NCBI GenBank assembly: GCA_951406725.2 | Contig: OX597815.1 | Span: 62,620,001 to 62,684,000 of the forward strand | DNA from: Octopus vulgaris | Taxonomy: Eukaryota | Direction of reading: 5' to 3' | Length of the DNA stretch: 64,000 nucleotides | Program-made: the position numbers and the translations under genes | Shown here: positions 26,956 through 41,232 of the stretch, piece by piece | Layout: every line of letters starts with the position of its first letter | Numbering within the stretch: position 1 is the stretch's first letter | The notes under the pieces: generated by a model | What the model saw: the letters and a program-made list of their open reading frames with translations, nothing else | Databases searched by the model: none | What the model was told of the DNA's origin: nothing

Positions 26956-27822
26956 GTTATTTTTCACCACTTTTGGTGGGATTTAGGTACAATATTGCAA
27001 TATAAATGTTTGTCGTTTTCCAATTTCCTTGGTTTAATTTTCTTCGTGATTGTTTTTATACTGAGTTGACTTTTCCTGGGTGTGGTGTGGCTTTGATGTT
27101 GCTACAGTTGAAGCCGCCCCAAGTCTTTATCTGGTTCGTTAATTCAATCGAGTCTCGGTTGTACTTTTTGTTTTCGTAGATGGATAAAATATTTTGGGAC
27201 GAAGATTGTGAAACTTATTTTAGCCATGTTGCTCAATGAAAATTGTGATGTTGGTTTTGTTTGTTTATTCATGTGCGAGTGTGTCAGAATGATTATGTGC
27301 AGGTGGCTGAAAGAACGTTCGAGTATTGTGGGCCACTACTGTGCCAAAGAGTTAAAAAGTGGTATTTAAAGAAGTATTTGATGTATTTAAGTTGTTAACA
27401 TGTGTGTGTACAGTGGGCGTGGGGAAGGGAAGTTGCGGTAGTCATTTAGAAAAAAAATTGGTTGTTGTTTCTGAGTCTCCTTTTGTATTACTTTTATAAA
27501 TGTCGTGCAAGGAAAAGCGGTGAACATTGAACTCTCATTTAGTAAATGACGGTGTTTATAAATGTATACTGGTTGAACAGTTAGCTCTACGGTGGTGATG
27601 GTATATATATATGTGTGAAGGAGAGAGAGAGAGAGAGAGGGGAGTGAGTGTGCGTGTGTGTGAGGGAGAAATAGAGTGTATGTGTGTATGTGCGTGTGCC
27701 TGCGCACACGCTGTGTGTAAATTTATATATGATGCTATTTGAAAATGTGTAGGCTAGTGAAATAAGGAAACTGTTAACCGGACGACGATAGTACATCTTT
27801 GTGGGCCTCGGCGCGCGCGCGC

Positions 27823-27866
<44 letters not shown>

Positions 27867-27893
27867 TGTGTGTGGCTGTGTCTATGTGTATAA

Positions 27894-27942
<49 letters not shown>

Positions 27943-27959
27943 AACAGGTGAGTATGATC

Positions 27960-28295
27960 CAGGGATCCAGGTGTCGGAAGTTAGTAAGCTTCAAGCGCTT
28001 ATGTGGCTTCTGCAGATAATAAAGATCGGACAATACACGATAAAATATATTTCTTAACATCGTAAGTTACACATTTCCCTCCATATCGAAGGTAAGAGGA
28101 ATTTGGATGAGCTGACTGTCACCATACAACTCATGGTTTAGCAACTAACTCTGTAAAGAATGCGAATAAAAATCCGAAAGACAAGGAATAGAACAGATAA
28201 ACCACAGACTACAATCGTTTCATAGCAAGCTGGAATCAGTTACGCTAATAGTAACGAATGCAAAGCAGCTTTGATAAACTTCAGGTCTTTTTTGC
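27960..28295 (+). mobile_element. CR1-like LINE 3' remnant
   Basis: Decayed NRxxxxWNQL..LDK pattern (ACAATCGTTTCATAGCAAGCTGGAATCAGTTA..GCTTTGATAAAC). Confidence 0.4.
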
Positions 28296-28500
28296 CTCAA
28301 CGATGTTTGAATTGCCGCAGGAGGTGAATGAAATCATATCCTAAGTCATTGTAAACATCGTTGACGTAACAAAGACCATAAGATTACCTGAGCTGCTTTG
28401 TCTTCGATACTACTTACATAATTGACACTAGCTTACTATGAAACGATTGAAGTCTGTGCTTTATATATATATATATATGTGTGTGTGTATGTATATATTC

Positions 28501-28547
<47 letters not shown>

Positions 28548-29042
28548 CATATGTACGTATATGCATGTACGTAAGTATGTAGATGTGTGCGAGTATGTGT
28601 GTCTGTGTCTGTGTGGACACCTATTATGCTCATTGCTTGTTGATAGAAATAGCAAAAAGTTCACAATTCAGCGACAGTTAAATATCAATGAATACAGGAG
28701 TTATACAAGTTTCACGCTCACACATTGCACCGTACGCTATGCAAACGCATCTGGTTAATGCGTTATCCGAACATGAAAATTAAAGTATTTCATTTATCAT
28801 TTCAATATTCTCTTTCTTTCCTCCCGGACTCTCTATTCACTCACACACATATACACCCCCACCACACAATTTATATATATCCCAAACACACACGCACACA
28901 CTCATAATATAATATATAATATATATATATGTGTGTGTGTATGTGTGTGAGTGTGCGTACCCAGATAGACAATTGATATATAAACAACAAATAGTACATA
29001 ATTTCAATTAATTACAAGTCGCTACACGTATTATTATTATTA

Positions 29043-29105
<63 letters not shown>

Positions 29106-29106
<1 letters not shown>

Positions 29107-30612
29107 GTCTTTGCGCAGCTTCTAACGCTGGAGATGTACTATAGTGTCAGCTGTTCACTACCAGCGAACTAAGGTAACCTTTTATTTTTCAGGCATCTTC
29201 TGGAATACTCGAGCGGTTCCAAGTAGTGCTGTTTTCTGCAAGTGCTCCACCCTTATTGCAGCCCCTATTTGTTCCATGTACTTCTCAAGATTTTTACTTA
29301 CTGTTCCCAGGGCTCCGACAACTATTAGTACTACTACCACCCTTTTCATCGACCACAACTGCTTAACCTCCCAAGCTAACTTGTCATATCTATCGACTTT
29401 TCTTCCTTATCGCATACCTTGTTGTCACCTGGGAATGCTATATCCATGATCCAGCATAGTTTATTTGCTTTCTCAATTACGACTATGTCTGGGTTCCTAT
29501 TCTCTCTCTCATGGTCGTACTGAATCATAAAATTCCATTGGATCCTTGCATTATTATTTTCGATGATTCTTTCGGGTTTGTGGTCGTACCGATTTTTTAC
29601 TCTGTCAAGTCCATAATTGTTTCAAAGTGTCCAATGGATAATCCTTGCTATATTGTCATAACGTCACTTATATTCCTTCTGGGCTCGTGGCGTACATTGG
29701 CTGGTAATATACCATACAAGTTCACCATTTTGTCCACAGATTCTGCACTTAGCACTCTCTGCTGTGTTGTCTATTCTGTATCTTATGTAGTTTGTTCTTA
29801 GTGCTTGCTCTTCGGTAGCACAGATTAGACCCTCCGTTTCCGGTTTTAAATCACTTTTAGTCATCCACAGCCATCTTTTTTCTCTGTCTGTCTTAACTTC
29901 AACATCCCTATGAAATTGCCCATGCATTCTTTTCTTTACTCACCTATTTTCAGTTTCATTCGTTTTCAATTTCTTGTACAGTGCTTTATATTTGCAATCT
30001 TTCATCCTACACAAGCCTGACCTTACTTCTAATAATAGCGGTTCTGTGGCATTTTTTTTTACATACCATACTATGTTGTTTTTTTTCTGCTCTAACGACG
30101 GTATCGTTAGCCCATCCATGCATTTGATTTTGCATCTCTTCAAGACTAACACACCACACTTTCTCAGTCCGAACTCCATTATGGTATCAACGAGGGAATT
30201 GACTTGGGCTTCATTTTTACAGAAAGTTTTAGGTCTTCGTTGAATAAGAAATGGTTGACTTTTTGTTGGCGGCTTTTGAATACATACCCAGCTTTTACTT
30301 TCCCCATAATCAGTGTTAGTGGTATCAAGTATAGTACAAAGATCAGTGGGAACAGGCAGTCCTCTTGGAAGATGCCCCTCCTGATTTCTACTGTCCTTAA
30401 ACTTCTTCCATATGCTATCAGGTTCGTCCTATAATTCGCCATACATTTTCCAAGCAATCGCTCAACATTCGATGCATTACCAAATTGTTTCATCCATTCC
30501 ATTATCCAAGAATGTAGGATCATGACATGGCTTAGTTACTTTTCCTCCTCTTTCTGTCTCTAAGTACAGGTTTGTTTATCAGGAGTTGATACTTGGTACC
30601 TCTGCACTTACG
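29106..30612 (-). mobile_element. R4/Dong element, 5'-truncated and internally deleted
   Basis: IRRGIFQEDCLFPLIFVL, VNHFLFNEDLKL, MEFGLRKCGVL, MHGQFHR, LKPETEGLICA, CRICG, QKTALLGTAR; 3' end abuts (TTA)n at 29030-29105. Confidence 0.92.
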
Positions 30613-30649
30613 CATTAAATGATGTTGATCACAATGTACGTATGTATTA

Positions 30650-30691
<42 letters not shown>

Positions 30692-30820
30692 CGATACTTA
30701 TCTCCATTTAAACTTGTATGTTGCGTTAGAATAACGCTGCGATAGTTACAATGAGAGAACTTCTCATTATAGACTTGCGATAAAATAATCCACCATTACT
30801 GACGAGAATACCATAAATAT

Positions 30821-31036
<216 letters not shown>

Positions 31037-32603
31037 GGTAAGTTAAACTTATTATATTTACATTATTATATAACAGTAAATCCAAGTAGGATGGATCTGC
31101 ATCTATTTATTTAATCGGCTAAAACTATCTCAAGGAACAACACATTCAGTTTAAAAGAATAGCATAAACTTCATATGTAGTTCATATTTTAATTGTGACC
31201 ACCATCATTTAATGTATGATTGTATTATTGTGATAGATAATTAATGAATTTTAATTAAATTACAGTGTTTACTCAAATATTCTGGAATATTATGTTATGT
31301 TAATTAGAAAACCGTTACCGGTTTAAATACAACTAGCTAAAGAGAAACACCGAGAAGGAATGAAGGAAAAGAAGATGTTTTACTCAAGAATGTTTTTATT
31401 ACTAATGTGCTGTTGTGTCTAATTTGTTGTTTCCAGTGTCTCTTTACTAGATATACGACTTTATATAAGACAACTCTAGAATTTGAACGGTGCTGCTTTC
31501 TCCGATAAGATTTGGAATCTAAAGGATCTTGTGCTCTTTTTGCTATGTATCACAGTAGTATGGTAATGAAGTTTTTCTCTTTCTGTCAAGATTGTTTTTG
31601 TTACGCTTCAAGATGTTATTTTTAAAATTATAACCAAGTGATGTGCACACCTTCCTGCGTTGTTGCTGTGTATTTTACGTGTATTGACAACTAACATCAT
31701 ATTTATATTATACTGTTTATTTTTGTTGTTGTACTATGTGTTGCCACCTCGTTGTAGGGTTACTGTTATCAATACCACCATAATAAAAATACTTCCAAGT
31801 ATGCTGTGGCATTCTTTATGAATTTCGTTTAACTGTGTGTGAGATCTATGATGGATGGTCGTAGCTTTTCGAAAGTCACGTTGATTGTTTCTGTGTTAAG
31901 CCTTCAAATAGGAGATGGTTTAAAAGAGGTTTTAAAAGTGCATGACTCGAGGGGCTCACTAGAGAGAGATGTATATTAGCTTGCAGTTATTGTTGTCGCT
32001 ATTGAGATCCTTTTTTTTTAATGAATTAGTCAAAACAATTGGTGAGGGAATGTTTAGTTTAGAGTTCTACAGATCAAAATATAAACTTGGTCGTGGACGA
32101 AATCTCACAATTTAGATGAACCATGTTAAATTTTGGCAAAATTTTCATTGGGGCACATCGAAGACGAAACACAGCAAGTATACAATGAAAGACCGAGTCC
32201 TTAAATGGGTCTAAAGTGATCACAAAAGTTATAGAAGAAAAGTGTAACGAGGGCAACACATCTTGTGAGTTAGTGTTTGTTAATGATTGTAGTGTTAATG
32301 AGAGACACATTGGCAGTCAGCTGGATGGTGTTCTTTTGGGTACAATTTATGATAGTTGTGTGTCAGTAACATTTTTATTACTTCTGATGTTGTTTAAACA
32401 GGAACGGGGAAGAAAGGGTAATTGATGGTGAATTCATCACTCTATCACTATTCTGGGTGAAGTAAAATATATTACAGGCATCGATATAGAACAAATCTAG
32501 CCTCCCCTGGAAGTGGTTCTACAGCGATGTACAACTAATGATAATGACGTTTGATATTGATGAAAGCAATAATACTTTCTTTATTTCCTATTATAAATAC
32601 GCG

Positions 32604-32637
<34 letters not shown>

Positions 32638-32657
32638 GATGCTGCTGCTGTTGTTGT

Positions 32658-32692
<35 letters not shown>

Positions 32693-32724
32693 GTGTTGTT
32701 GCTGCTGTTGCTGTTGCCGTTGTT

Positions 32725-32915
32725 GTTCTTGTTGCTTAAATCATATCAGATTCTACAAACCTACGATGAAAGGCATTCCAACCGTAACAACTTCGATTTA
32801 AAAAACTCTAGTGTCTCTTGGATCACATAATCCAATATGTCCTTTCTACAATACCTGGGTGCAGCTTAAACGAGATTTGGTTGTTATTTCCAGCACTTTA
32901 ATTGACCGAGTAGTA
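32725..32915 (-). mobile_element. SINE-like family D
   Basis: ACCTACGATGAAAGGCATTCCAACCGT..ATCCAATATGTCC..GAGATTTGGTTGTTATTTCCAGCA. Confidence 0.65.
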
Positions 32916-33149
32916 GTTCCGACGTTCATACGTCCGATTTTGATGTTGTGGATCTGGGAACAAAGATTTTCCAGTTATTATCAATTCGTTTGCTCTTCCG
33001 TAATATAGCGTGTCTAGGACTTCCTTCTCCAACAAGTCCTTCCATATTGAAGATGGCGAGAGTGATTTGAGAGTAGCCAAGCCACTACTTCTATATGGTT
33101 TGTATCATACTTTCCTTATTCCTAAAGCTTGTTCATTCATTCATTACAG

Positions 33150-34430
33150 CTATTGTTGTAGTTGTTGTCGAGTTTAATGATATTGTTACAACTGTGGATG
33201 CTGTTGTTGTTATTGTTGTCACCAATGGGATTGTTAAACCCTCAGCACTGTGATGTTGTTGTTGTTGCTATTGCTGCTGCTGCTGATGATAGTGATGATG
33301 ATTTTGTTAATACTTTTGTTTTTTCCATAAATTCGAAGAAAAAAAATGACGATAACGACGAAAACGATGATGACAATGATGATGATGATGATGATGACCA
33401 TCATGACGATGGCTATGAAGGTGGTAATGGTGGTGGCTCTGTGAATGGTATAAACAATAATGGGTATAAGGTGGTAGTGGTGGCGGTAGTGCTGGTAGAG
33501 GTGGTGATGTTAGCCGTAGTAAGGGTAATAGTTGTAGTAGTGGTGGTGGTGGTGGTGGTGAAGGGAGATGTTAGTCGTAATGAGGGTGGTAGTAGTGGCA
33601 GTAGTGGTGGCGATGGTGGAAGTAGTAGTATCGGTGATTGTGGTGGTAGTTGTGGTGGTGGTGGTAATGGTGGTAGTTGTGATGGTGGTGGTGATGGTGG
33701 TAGTTGTGGTATTAATGATGGTGTTAATGTTAGTCGTAGTGATGGTAGTAGTAGTGGTGGCGATTGTGGTTGTGGTGGTGGAGATAGTGGTAGTTGTGGT
33801 GGCGATGCTGGTGGTGGTGATGGTGATGGTGGTAGTGGTGGTGATAATGGTGGTGGCGATAGTGGCTCTGGTGGTGGTAGTAGTGGTGGCGATGCTGGTG
33901 ATGGTGATGGCGATGGTGGAGGTGGCGGTTGTGGTGGTGGTGGCGATGGTGGTATTGGTGTTAATGTGTCTTACTCTCATAAATATTTTTGTTGTCTTCA
34001 CGGATGTATTTATTGCTGATATCGTTGTTATTACCATTGCGTTTTTTTTATTACTATTGTTGCTGTTGTTGTCGTTGTGTATTTACTGTTATTTATATTT
34101 TTGTTGATGTTATTTACTTATTGCTTTTTACTTTGTTTTTATTTGTTGTTGTTGTTGTTGCTCCTGGTTTTATTGCTCTACTTGCTGCTGCTCCTGCTGC
34201 TACTACTACTACTGCTGCTGCTGTTACTACTACTGCTGCTGCTGCCACTACTACTGCAGTTATTACAAATGATTATGGTTGCTGTAATTGCACCTACAAA
34301 TCTTGTTGTTGTTGTTGTAGTAGCCATTTTTGTTGTTGCTATTGCTATTGTCGATATTGTTGCTAACGTTCTCGATGTTGTTGCTGCTGCTGCTGCTGCT
34401 TTTTTTGTTGTTGTTACTGCTGCTGTAATT
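33150..34430. repeat. Cryptic trinucleotide tract (GAT/GGT/GTT/GCT)
   Basis: Source of the Gly/Val/Asp-rich spurious ORFs. Confidence 0.9.
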
Positions 34431-35039
34431 GCCAGCCGCTGGTTACGCACTCATGGCAGGCGGAGAGGTGTATGTGTATATGTCTCTGTGTCCGTGTGTG
34501 TGTTTGTGTGTATGTGTGCATGCGTGTGTGTTGTGTGTGAGCGTATGTGTGTGATTAGACGAGAGAACGTGCTAGATCTGCCGTTATTATTTACCGGCAA
34601 TTAACGCTTAAAAGGCGGAAACTGTTAAGTGGATGGAGAGGGGCGATGGGCGCCGATAATAATGAGGAGTAGGAGGAGGAGAGGAGGAGTAGTAGGAAGA
34701 AGTGATCGAGGAGCAGAAAGAACGGGCGACATAATAACAACGTTGATGACGATGATAACGATGATGATAATGATGACGATGATGATGACAATAAATAATG
34801 ACGACGACGACTACGACGACGATGATAATGATTGTTTTGATGACGGTCATGATGATGATGATGAAAATCAAATTTACAAAGAGTTACCGAACTTGATTAC
34901 ATACGTCTACATCACGAGTTCAAATCCTGGAAAAATTGGAGCCCTGTCTCTCATCCTTCAGTTTCAACTCAACAACAGTAAGAACGATAGAAAGAAATGC
35001 AGTAATAACACAGTGATCGTAACAACAACACTAGCAATA

Positions 35040-36350
35040 ACAATTCGTTAACTACATTGTTCTTCGATGCAGAATACCACACAACAGAAATGTATATATT
35101 GACATGGCACCATCTTTGAGAACGAGAAAGGCATCTTACATAGTATAGACATTGTTACATTTAAAAAGCAACCTTTCAGCAGAATCTTAGAGACGAAAAT
35201 CAAGCGTCAACTTATTGAGGGGAGGATTTCTAGGAACCGAAATAAAAACAAAAATGAAAACAGGATGTACGGATTTGGTTCTATCATGATTAGTGACCTT
35301 CTCTTCTTTGTCAATAAATACCATATTTTATTGAAAATAGGCCTAATGTTGTCTGTCTGACAGAACAGGATTACTGTAGATAACGCAATCACGCTCGTAG
35401 ATGGCTAGAATTGAATGGGCTGGACGTTTCTTGGCTTGAGCCAGGCAGCTAATATGTCCTCTTCCGGTGTTCAAAAAGTTTCTCAGAAATAACCTGTCGA
35501 GTAGTGTTTAGTAGGCGAAGGGAATAAAAACTTCGACACTTTTAAAGATGATGTTGGAGAGGAATGTTACAGAGAAGAAGACTTGCTCCCAGCTGTTTCG
35601 TGGTTTTCTCGGATATATCAGTGTAGTCTTGGATTTTAATTATACACGGCAGGTATAAGAGAGAAAAATCCTGTAGGGTGGCTCCAAATGGGTATTAAAA
35701 AGCTATCGCATTGGAAATTATTGCAGCGACAATGTCTCTTGCTTATTTCCTAGAAATACGGAAGTTGTGTCGTTCTGAATTAAGGCTGGTGTGTTTAGAT
35801 ATGAACGAATGAAAGTCATTAGATGGGCCAAAGACGCAAAAGATTCCTAATACTGTCCTTGCTGGACCTCTATAGAAGTGTTCCAGGCAAACATAGGATT
35901 TATTTCAGTGGTACTTTGTCCGAAAATTCGAGAGAAGCCATTTAAGTGTCTAAATCAGCAGCCTTCTACAACTCATAGCAAGTGAGATGCTACACAATAG
36001 CCAATGAGAACAGCAGAAATACGGAAGATGCTGGGTCGTAATGGGAAATTCAAATCGTCTACTTTAGAACAACAGCTCTACTGCTCTATTGTAACAATAT
36101 CAAATTGACTTGCTATGATTTCTGCAGATATGTTTAGAAATTTTGCAGTAGACTGAGAGCATTCCCAGTAAGCTTAGAGTTATGGGCCTGGCCTGCATGA
36201 GAAGAATGTGTAGAAAAAGCGGACTTTATCCATAACTTCAAACTCATAAATCCGTTAAACACAAACATATTGATAAAAGTGTTCTCAAGGAACTTGGACC
36301 TTGTTGCCGACAGTGTTATTGTCATTGATGATAGAGTATCTATATAGAAT
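35040..36350 (+). mobile_element. Old CR1/L2-like LINE fragment
   Basis: Decayed RT-like words on + strand: PSKLRVMGL (~36165), SV(P)QGT.GP (~36278); heavily eroded. Confidence 0.35.
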
Positions 36351-37459
36351 TCCCAACAGATCTAGTGAAGACAACTACTACTTCATGTGATAAATCGTAC
36401 AGAAGGTAAGATAAAAAAAAAATCAAACTTCGATGGGACTGTGGCTGTTATTTAATATAGTGTATGCGGTATGCTTAATGTTCAGTGGAGATAGCGTGTA
36501 GGATCGTGCTATTGAAATGAAAGTATCATGTAATGGAAGTGAATTGTGCACAGTGTGACAACTTCTATGGGTTTGTGAGTTAGATTTGTGAAACCTGTTG
36601 TGGTTTTTCTCATGTCTATTGATAAACATTATGATTAGTAGTGTTAGGGGTGGGGTGGGATGAAACAAATGAGGTGGCGTTGATGATGGTCAATGACATG
36701 TGGTTTACGATATCGATGATATTGATGGTGCTGGTAATGATGGTGAGGTTGATTATTATTAGTGATGATAATGATGATGATGATGACGACCACCACCACG
36801 ATGACGACAACGGCGATGAGGATGATAAAGATGATGGTGGTGGCGATGATGGTTGGCGATGATGGTGAGGAAAAGGAGGTGGAGGAGAATAACAGCGATG
36901 ACAATTAGATGGTGGCGTGTAATGATCACAGTTGCTATATATGTTGGTTGTCGTTGCTGGTGGTGGTCGTCGTGGCTTCTCACAATTTTAATGGCCGGTC
37001 ATAAATCTTGACATTTTGATGATGATGATGACGACGGCGGCGACGATGATAACGAGATGATAGAAATAACAGTAGTAGCTGAATTTTTTGTTCCACCTGC
37101 TTCATCACTTTTATTGTTTATACTGTTGTTGTTGTTGATGTGGCTGGCTTCATTGTTTAGGGCATTGTTGTTGCTGTTGATGTTGTACGGTGGCAAATTC
37201 TCAGCAAGACATCTTTGTCAGCCTCAATCGGAGTCACTCGATTTTATGTCTGTGGCACCACTGGAAGTTCTCCCTTCCCAAAAGTCGCAGAATTCAAAGT
37301 AAGTGTTTGTTATTAATAAAGGTAACAATAAAAATGAAAAAGAAGAGAAAGAGGATAATGATGATGATACCAGTCTGCCAATCCAGCACCTTAATAATAA
37401 TAATGATGATGATGATGATGATTTCAAATGTTGGCACAAGGCCAGATAATAGTAATTTG

Positions 37460-38160
37460 AAACAGTAGACCACTTAATCACTAAATGTAAAGTTTTAGCT
37501 CAAGTAGAGAATAAATCAAGACATTGCACAGTTGATCAATATCTACACTGGTTAATATGTCGGCATTATACAATCAAAACTGTTAACAAATGGTATAAGC
37601 ACCACCCTGAGGCTGTGACTGAGGGAGAAAATGTAGTGATTCTTTGGGACTTTACTGTACATACAAATAGAGCCAAGAAAGCTAATAAACCGGATATTGT
37701 TGTAAAATAGCAAAATAATAAAGTCTGTTTATTAGTTGACATAAGCATCCCTTGTGATCAAAATATTGCGGCAAAAGAATTTGACAAATTCAGAAAATAA
37801 TAAGATTTGCTCATTGAAATCGGGAAAATGTGGCATCTCAAGCCGGTTACAATACCAGTGATCGTAGGATCACGAGGGATGACAAAAAGAAAAGAACTGA
37901 AAATTATTTAAGAATAAACACTGGCTCACCATCCGTGCAAGAAGTACCGAAGGATTTTTTAACTGGTACGTCGCTCGTATTGAGAAGAACATTGTGGTTA
38001 TGAGAGCTATTGCAACCCATGTAAATACATTGACTTTCTAAAATTGAACAATCTGGTGCATTTATTTGAATGACCTATCAATGTATACAGTGAATTCCTT
38101 TGCCCACAGTTCGGGAAGACACTCAACAAGGAATAAGAACAAAATTGAAGAAGAAAAACT
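37460..38160 (+). mobile_element. R4/Dong 3' fragment (CCHC + RLE)
   Basis: ETVDHLITKCKVLA..RH..YLHWLIC..KWYKHHPEAVTEGENVVILWDFTVHTNRAKKANKPDIVV..LVDISIPCDQNIAAKEFDK; ends in (AAC)n. Confidence 0.9.
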
Positions 38161-38204
38161 AACAACAACGACGACGATGACGACAACAACAATTACAACA
38201 ACAA

Positions 38205-39050
38205 AAATATCTGCTGCAAGAAATGTTAAAAAACAAAATGTCATTGAAACAGTAGGAGAATTTAAGAACATCAGAAGAATGACAAGTTAAATAACTAGAA
38301 AGTAAAGGAATTAATGGCCGGTTCATGCAACAAACTGAAGATGTAAGAAGTAAAAAGTCGCTGCTTGTGGCTGACGGACGGAAACTTGAAACTAGAAACT
38401 GAATCGGTTAAAAGCCACTCAGGAACAAACTATTAGAACGAATTGATACAGCGATTGATAAAAGCCAGTCAGAGAGCAAGCGCAGAGCTTGTGGAAACGA
38501 AAGTATTAGCCATCAATTGAGCGAATGTAGCCAGCTGGCATAGCGTAGATCTGTGTTGGTAAAAGAGTGCATTGTGATGTTAACTGAGTGTATTTACTAA
38601 CGGTAGCAGAATTGTGGTATAAACACGAACCAGAGGTTGTGATAAAGAATAAGAATTATAGGATCTTATGAAACTACACAGTAAAAACTGACCATTCTAT
38701 TGAAACAATGTGATCAGATATTTTTAAAGAGGACAAAAGAAACAGTATAAAATCATAGATTTTTCAAACCTCTGATAGTAGATTGGATACCATAGAAATT
38801 AAGAAAATGAGAAATACCAGGAACTAGTCGAGAGATGAAAATATTATGGAAGACTAAGATGACAATTATTCTTGTGCTAATAGGTTACTACGAAAGTGCT
38901 ACCTGAGAGGCTGAAAGATATTGGGATTGAAACACGTGTTTGTCGACCCGCAGAAAAGTACAGTTCTGTATTTTGCAAAAATAATAAGATTCTTGAACTT
39001 TTTCAACAAACACAAGGATGCTAGTTAAATCAGCTTTTGTACAACAACAA
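38205..39050 (+). mobile_element. R4/Dong 3' fragment, older
   Basis: VIETVGEFKN, WYKHEPEVVIKNKNYRIL, QKSTVLY; closely related to 8780-9665. Confidence 0.8.
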
Positions 39051-39074
39051 CGCTGATGACGACGACGACGATGA

Positions 39075-40004
39075 TGATAACAGAAAGCAGATAGAGAACA
39101 AATCAGTACCAGCAGAATAGACACTTCAAGAACAACAAAAGAAAATTCTATAAAGAACTGAACAATGCAAAAGAGCACTAAGGAAATGATATGCCACAAG
39201 CTGAAGCAGCAAGAAAATTATGCTCAGAAATCTGGAGCAAGGAAATTTAACATAATATTAAAAAAGCAGACTGGTTACGGGAACTTAAAATAGGAATGGA
39301 AGATGGAGCAACACTAGAGAATATAATAATCAGGTATAAGAAAGTAAAAAAGATAATTAAGAAAATACCAAACTGGAAAACCTCCCGACCAGATGGTGTC
39401 CAGGGTCTATGGTTCAAAATCTGCTACGAATACACACTCGTTTCTTACTGACTGTATAGAAAGTGAAACACCAGCATGGATGACAACAGGAAGGTCATAC
39501 AGGAGAACAAAGAAGTCAGTAGAGCTACCGTTGGAAACTATTAACTGGCTTAATAGCATATTAAGTAAATAATTTTTTGGAAAAGGAGAATTTATTGCCA
39601 GGAGAGCAAATAAAAAAAAGGATATAGAATGAAATCAAGGGGAACTGCTGATTTGCTATATATAGACAGCAGAATTTTAAATGCGGTACGAGTAAGAAGG
39701 AAAAATTTAGCTGTTGGGTGGAAAGATTACAGGAAGGCCAACGACAGTATCTCACACAGACGGCTTTTAGAGTGTCTGAAGACGCTCAGAGTCAACGGGA
39801 AGATAAATATTTTAGATAAAGCAATGAGAGTGTGTGAAGTAGAACAGACATGTGCAAATGAACCGCTAGGTAAGGTGAAAATACGCAGAAACATTTTCCT
39901 CTCGCTCTCTCCGTTACTCCTTGTCGTTGTGTTAATCCCTATGACAAGTATACAGAGAAGATTCAGGTCTGCTTTTAGAAAAGATTACATTGCAAAATGC
40001 TCTC

Positions 40005-40085
<81 letters not shown>

Positions 40086-40460
40086 GAAAGTAAATCACTT
40101 ACTTTATATGGATGACATGAGCTATAGACAAAAAATGAGACAGACCTGGATTCTTTGATATAAACAGTGAGGATACTGAGTGGAGATGCTGGAATAGGTG
40201 AATAAGGGCGCAGTGCTAATTTTGAAGAGATGCTGGAGGGCAAACTCTGATGACATAAAATCACAAGACAACATCATCAGATCGCTGTGGAATAATGAGG
40301 GATAGAAATACTTAGAAGTACAGCAAACCGACAGGATAAAAGAAAAAGAAATGTGAGAGAAATAGTCACTTTTAAACAGTATAAGAGGAGAATTATGAAG
40401 CTGCTCGAAACAAAATTAAATAGAGGGAGCATCATTTAGGCTACATATACGCGGGCAAGA
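39075..40460 (+). mobile_element. R4/Dong RT-region fragment interrupted by (TA)n at 40007-40082
   Basis: PNWKTSRPDGVQG, KNLAVGWKDYRKANDSISH, LSPLLLV, VNHLLYMDDM, KLLETKLN. Confidence 0.85.
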
Positions 40461-40858
40461 CGTAAAAGGAAAAAAAAACTTTCTTCAATGTACCGTACAC
40501 TTTGATTGAACTCGAAATCAAGCAGTTTCGAAGAGAATTTCTTAACCAGAAGGTCATATCTGCGACACTTGAATAGATTCACCGGAAAGGTGAAATACTA
40601 AGACAATCCCTGCCGGATTTGAATCCAGATCGTAAAAGAAGGAATTAATTACTAGAAGCCATTTAATCCATTGTTTTAACGATTCTACCAAAGTTACTGT
40701 TGCCTACCCTGAGGATAAATGTTCAAGTTAAGAATAGTCTCAAAGAAGAATCACTGTTTCCAATCATGGCCACGATAAATATCAGTGGATTGGAACACAT
40801 TTCAGAAAACATATCGATCAAGGTTAGCTAGCACTCTGTCCACCGCCACCAGCACCAG

Positions 40859-40909
<51 letters not shown>

Positions 40910-41014
40910 ACAGAGAAAGGAATAATTAGACAGGCAAAGATGTGCGGCAGATAATCATATGTAAGCTGTGTCAAATCTCAAACATCAAATAGATAATAAA
41001 GCCGTTCGGCAAAG

Positions 41015-41232
41015 AGTTGTTGTTGTGGTCGTTGTTGTTGTCTAGCTCCAGGTCAGCTCTGATTTAGTAGATCTATCATCAAAGATGGCCTTGCAACCGT
41101 GACCATCACATCTATTTTGTCTGATCAGACATAATATATAGAGTAGGAGAGAGCTTTATACAATGTAATCCTTCTTTTTAAAGATGGCCGAATGTAATTT
41201 GAAGAATATTGGCTGCTGTTTCTAAGAAGGGA
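41015..41232 (-). mobile_element. SINE-like family D
   Basis: GTTGTTGTCTAGCTCCAGGTCAGCTCTGAT..GACCATC..TTGGCTGCTGTTTCTA. Confidence 0.7.

Noticed and set aside
31300-32450. Further Tx1-like ORF1 remnant on the minus strand
   Set aside because: Only a vague zinc-knuckle-like word; too decayed to call
33162-34107. 285 aa Gly/Asp-rich ORF resembling a structural protein
   Set aside because: TTG start, several frames open on both strands, pure degenerate trinucleotide repeat, no splice or domain evidence
37180-37305. Exon ending at AAA|GTAAGT (37298)
   Set aside because: Donor-like site only; no acceptor or recognisable peptide
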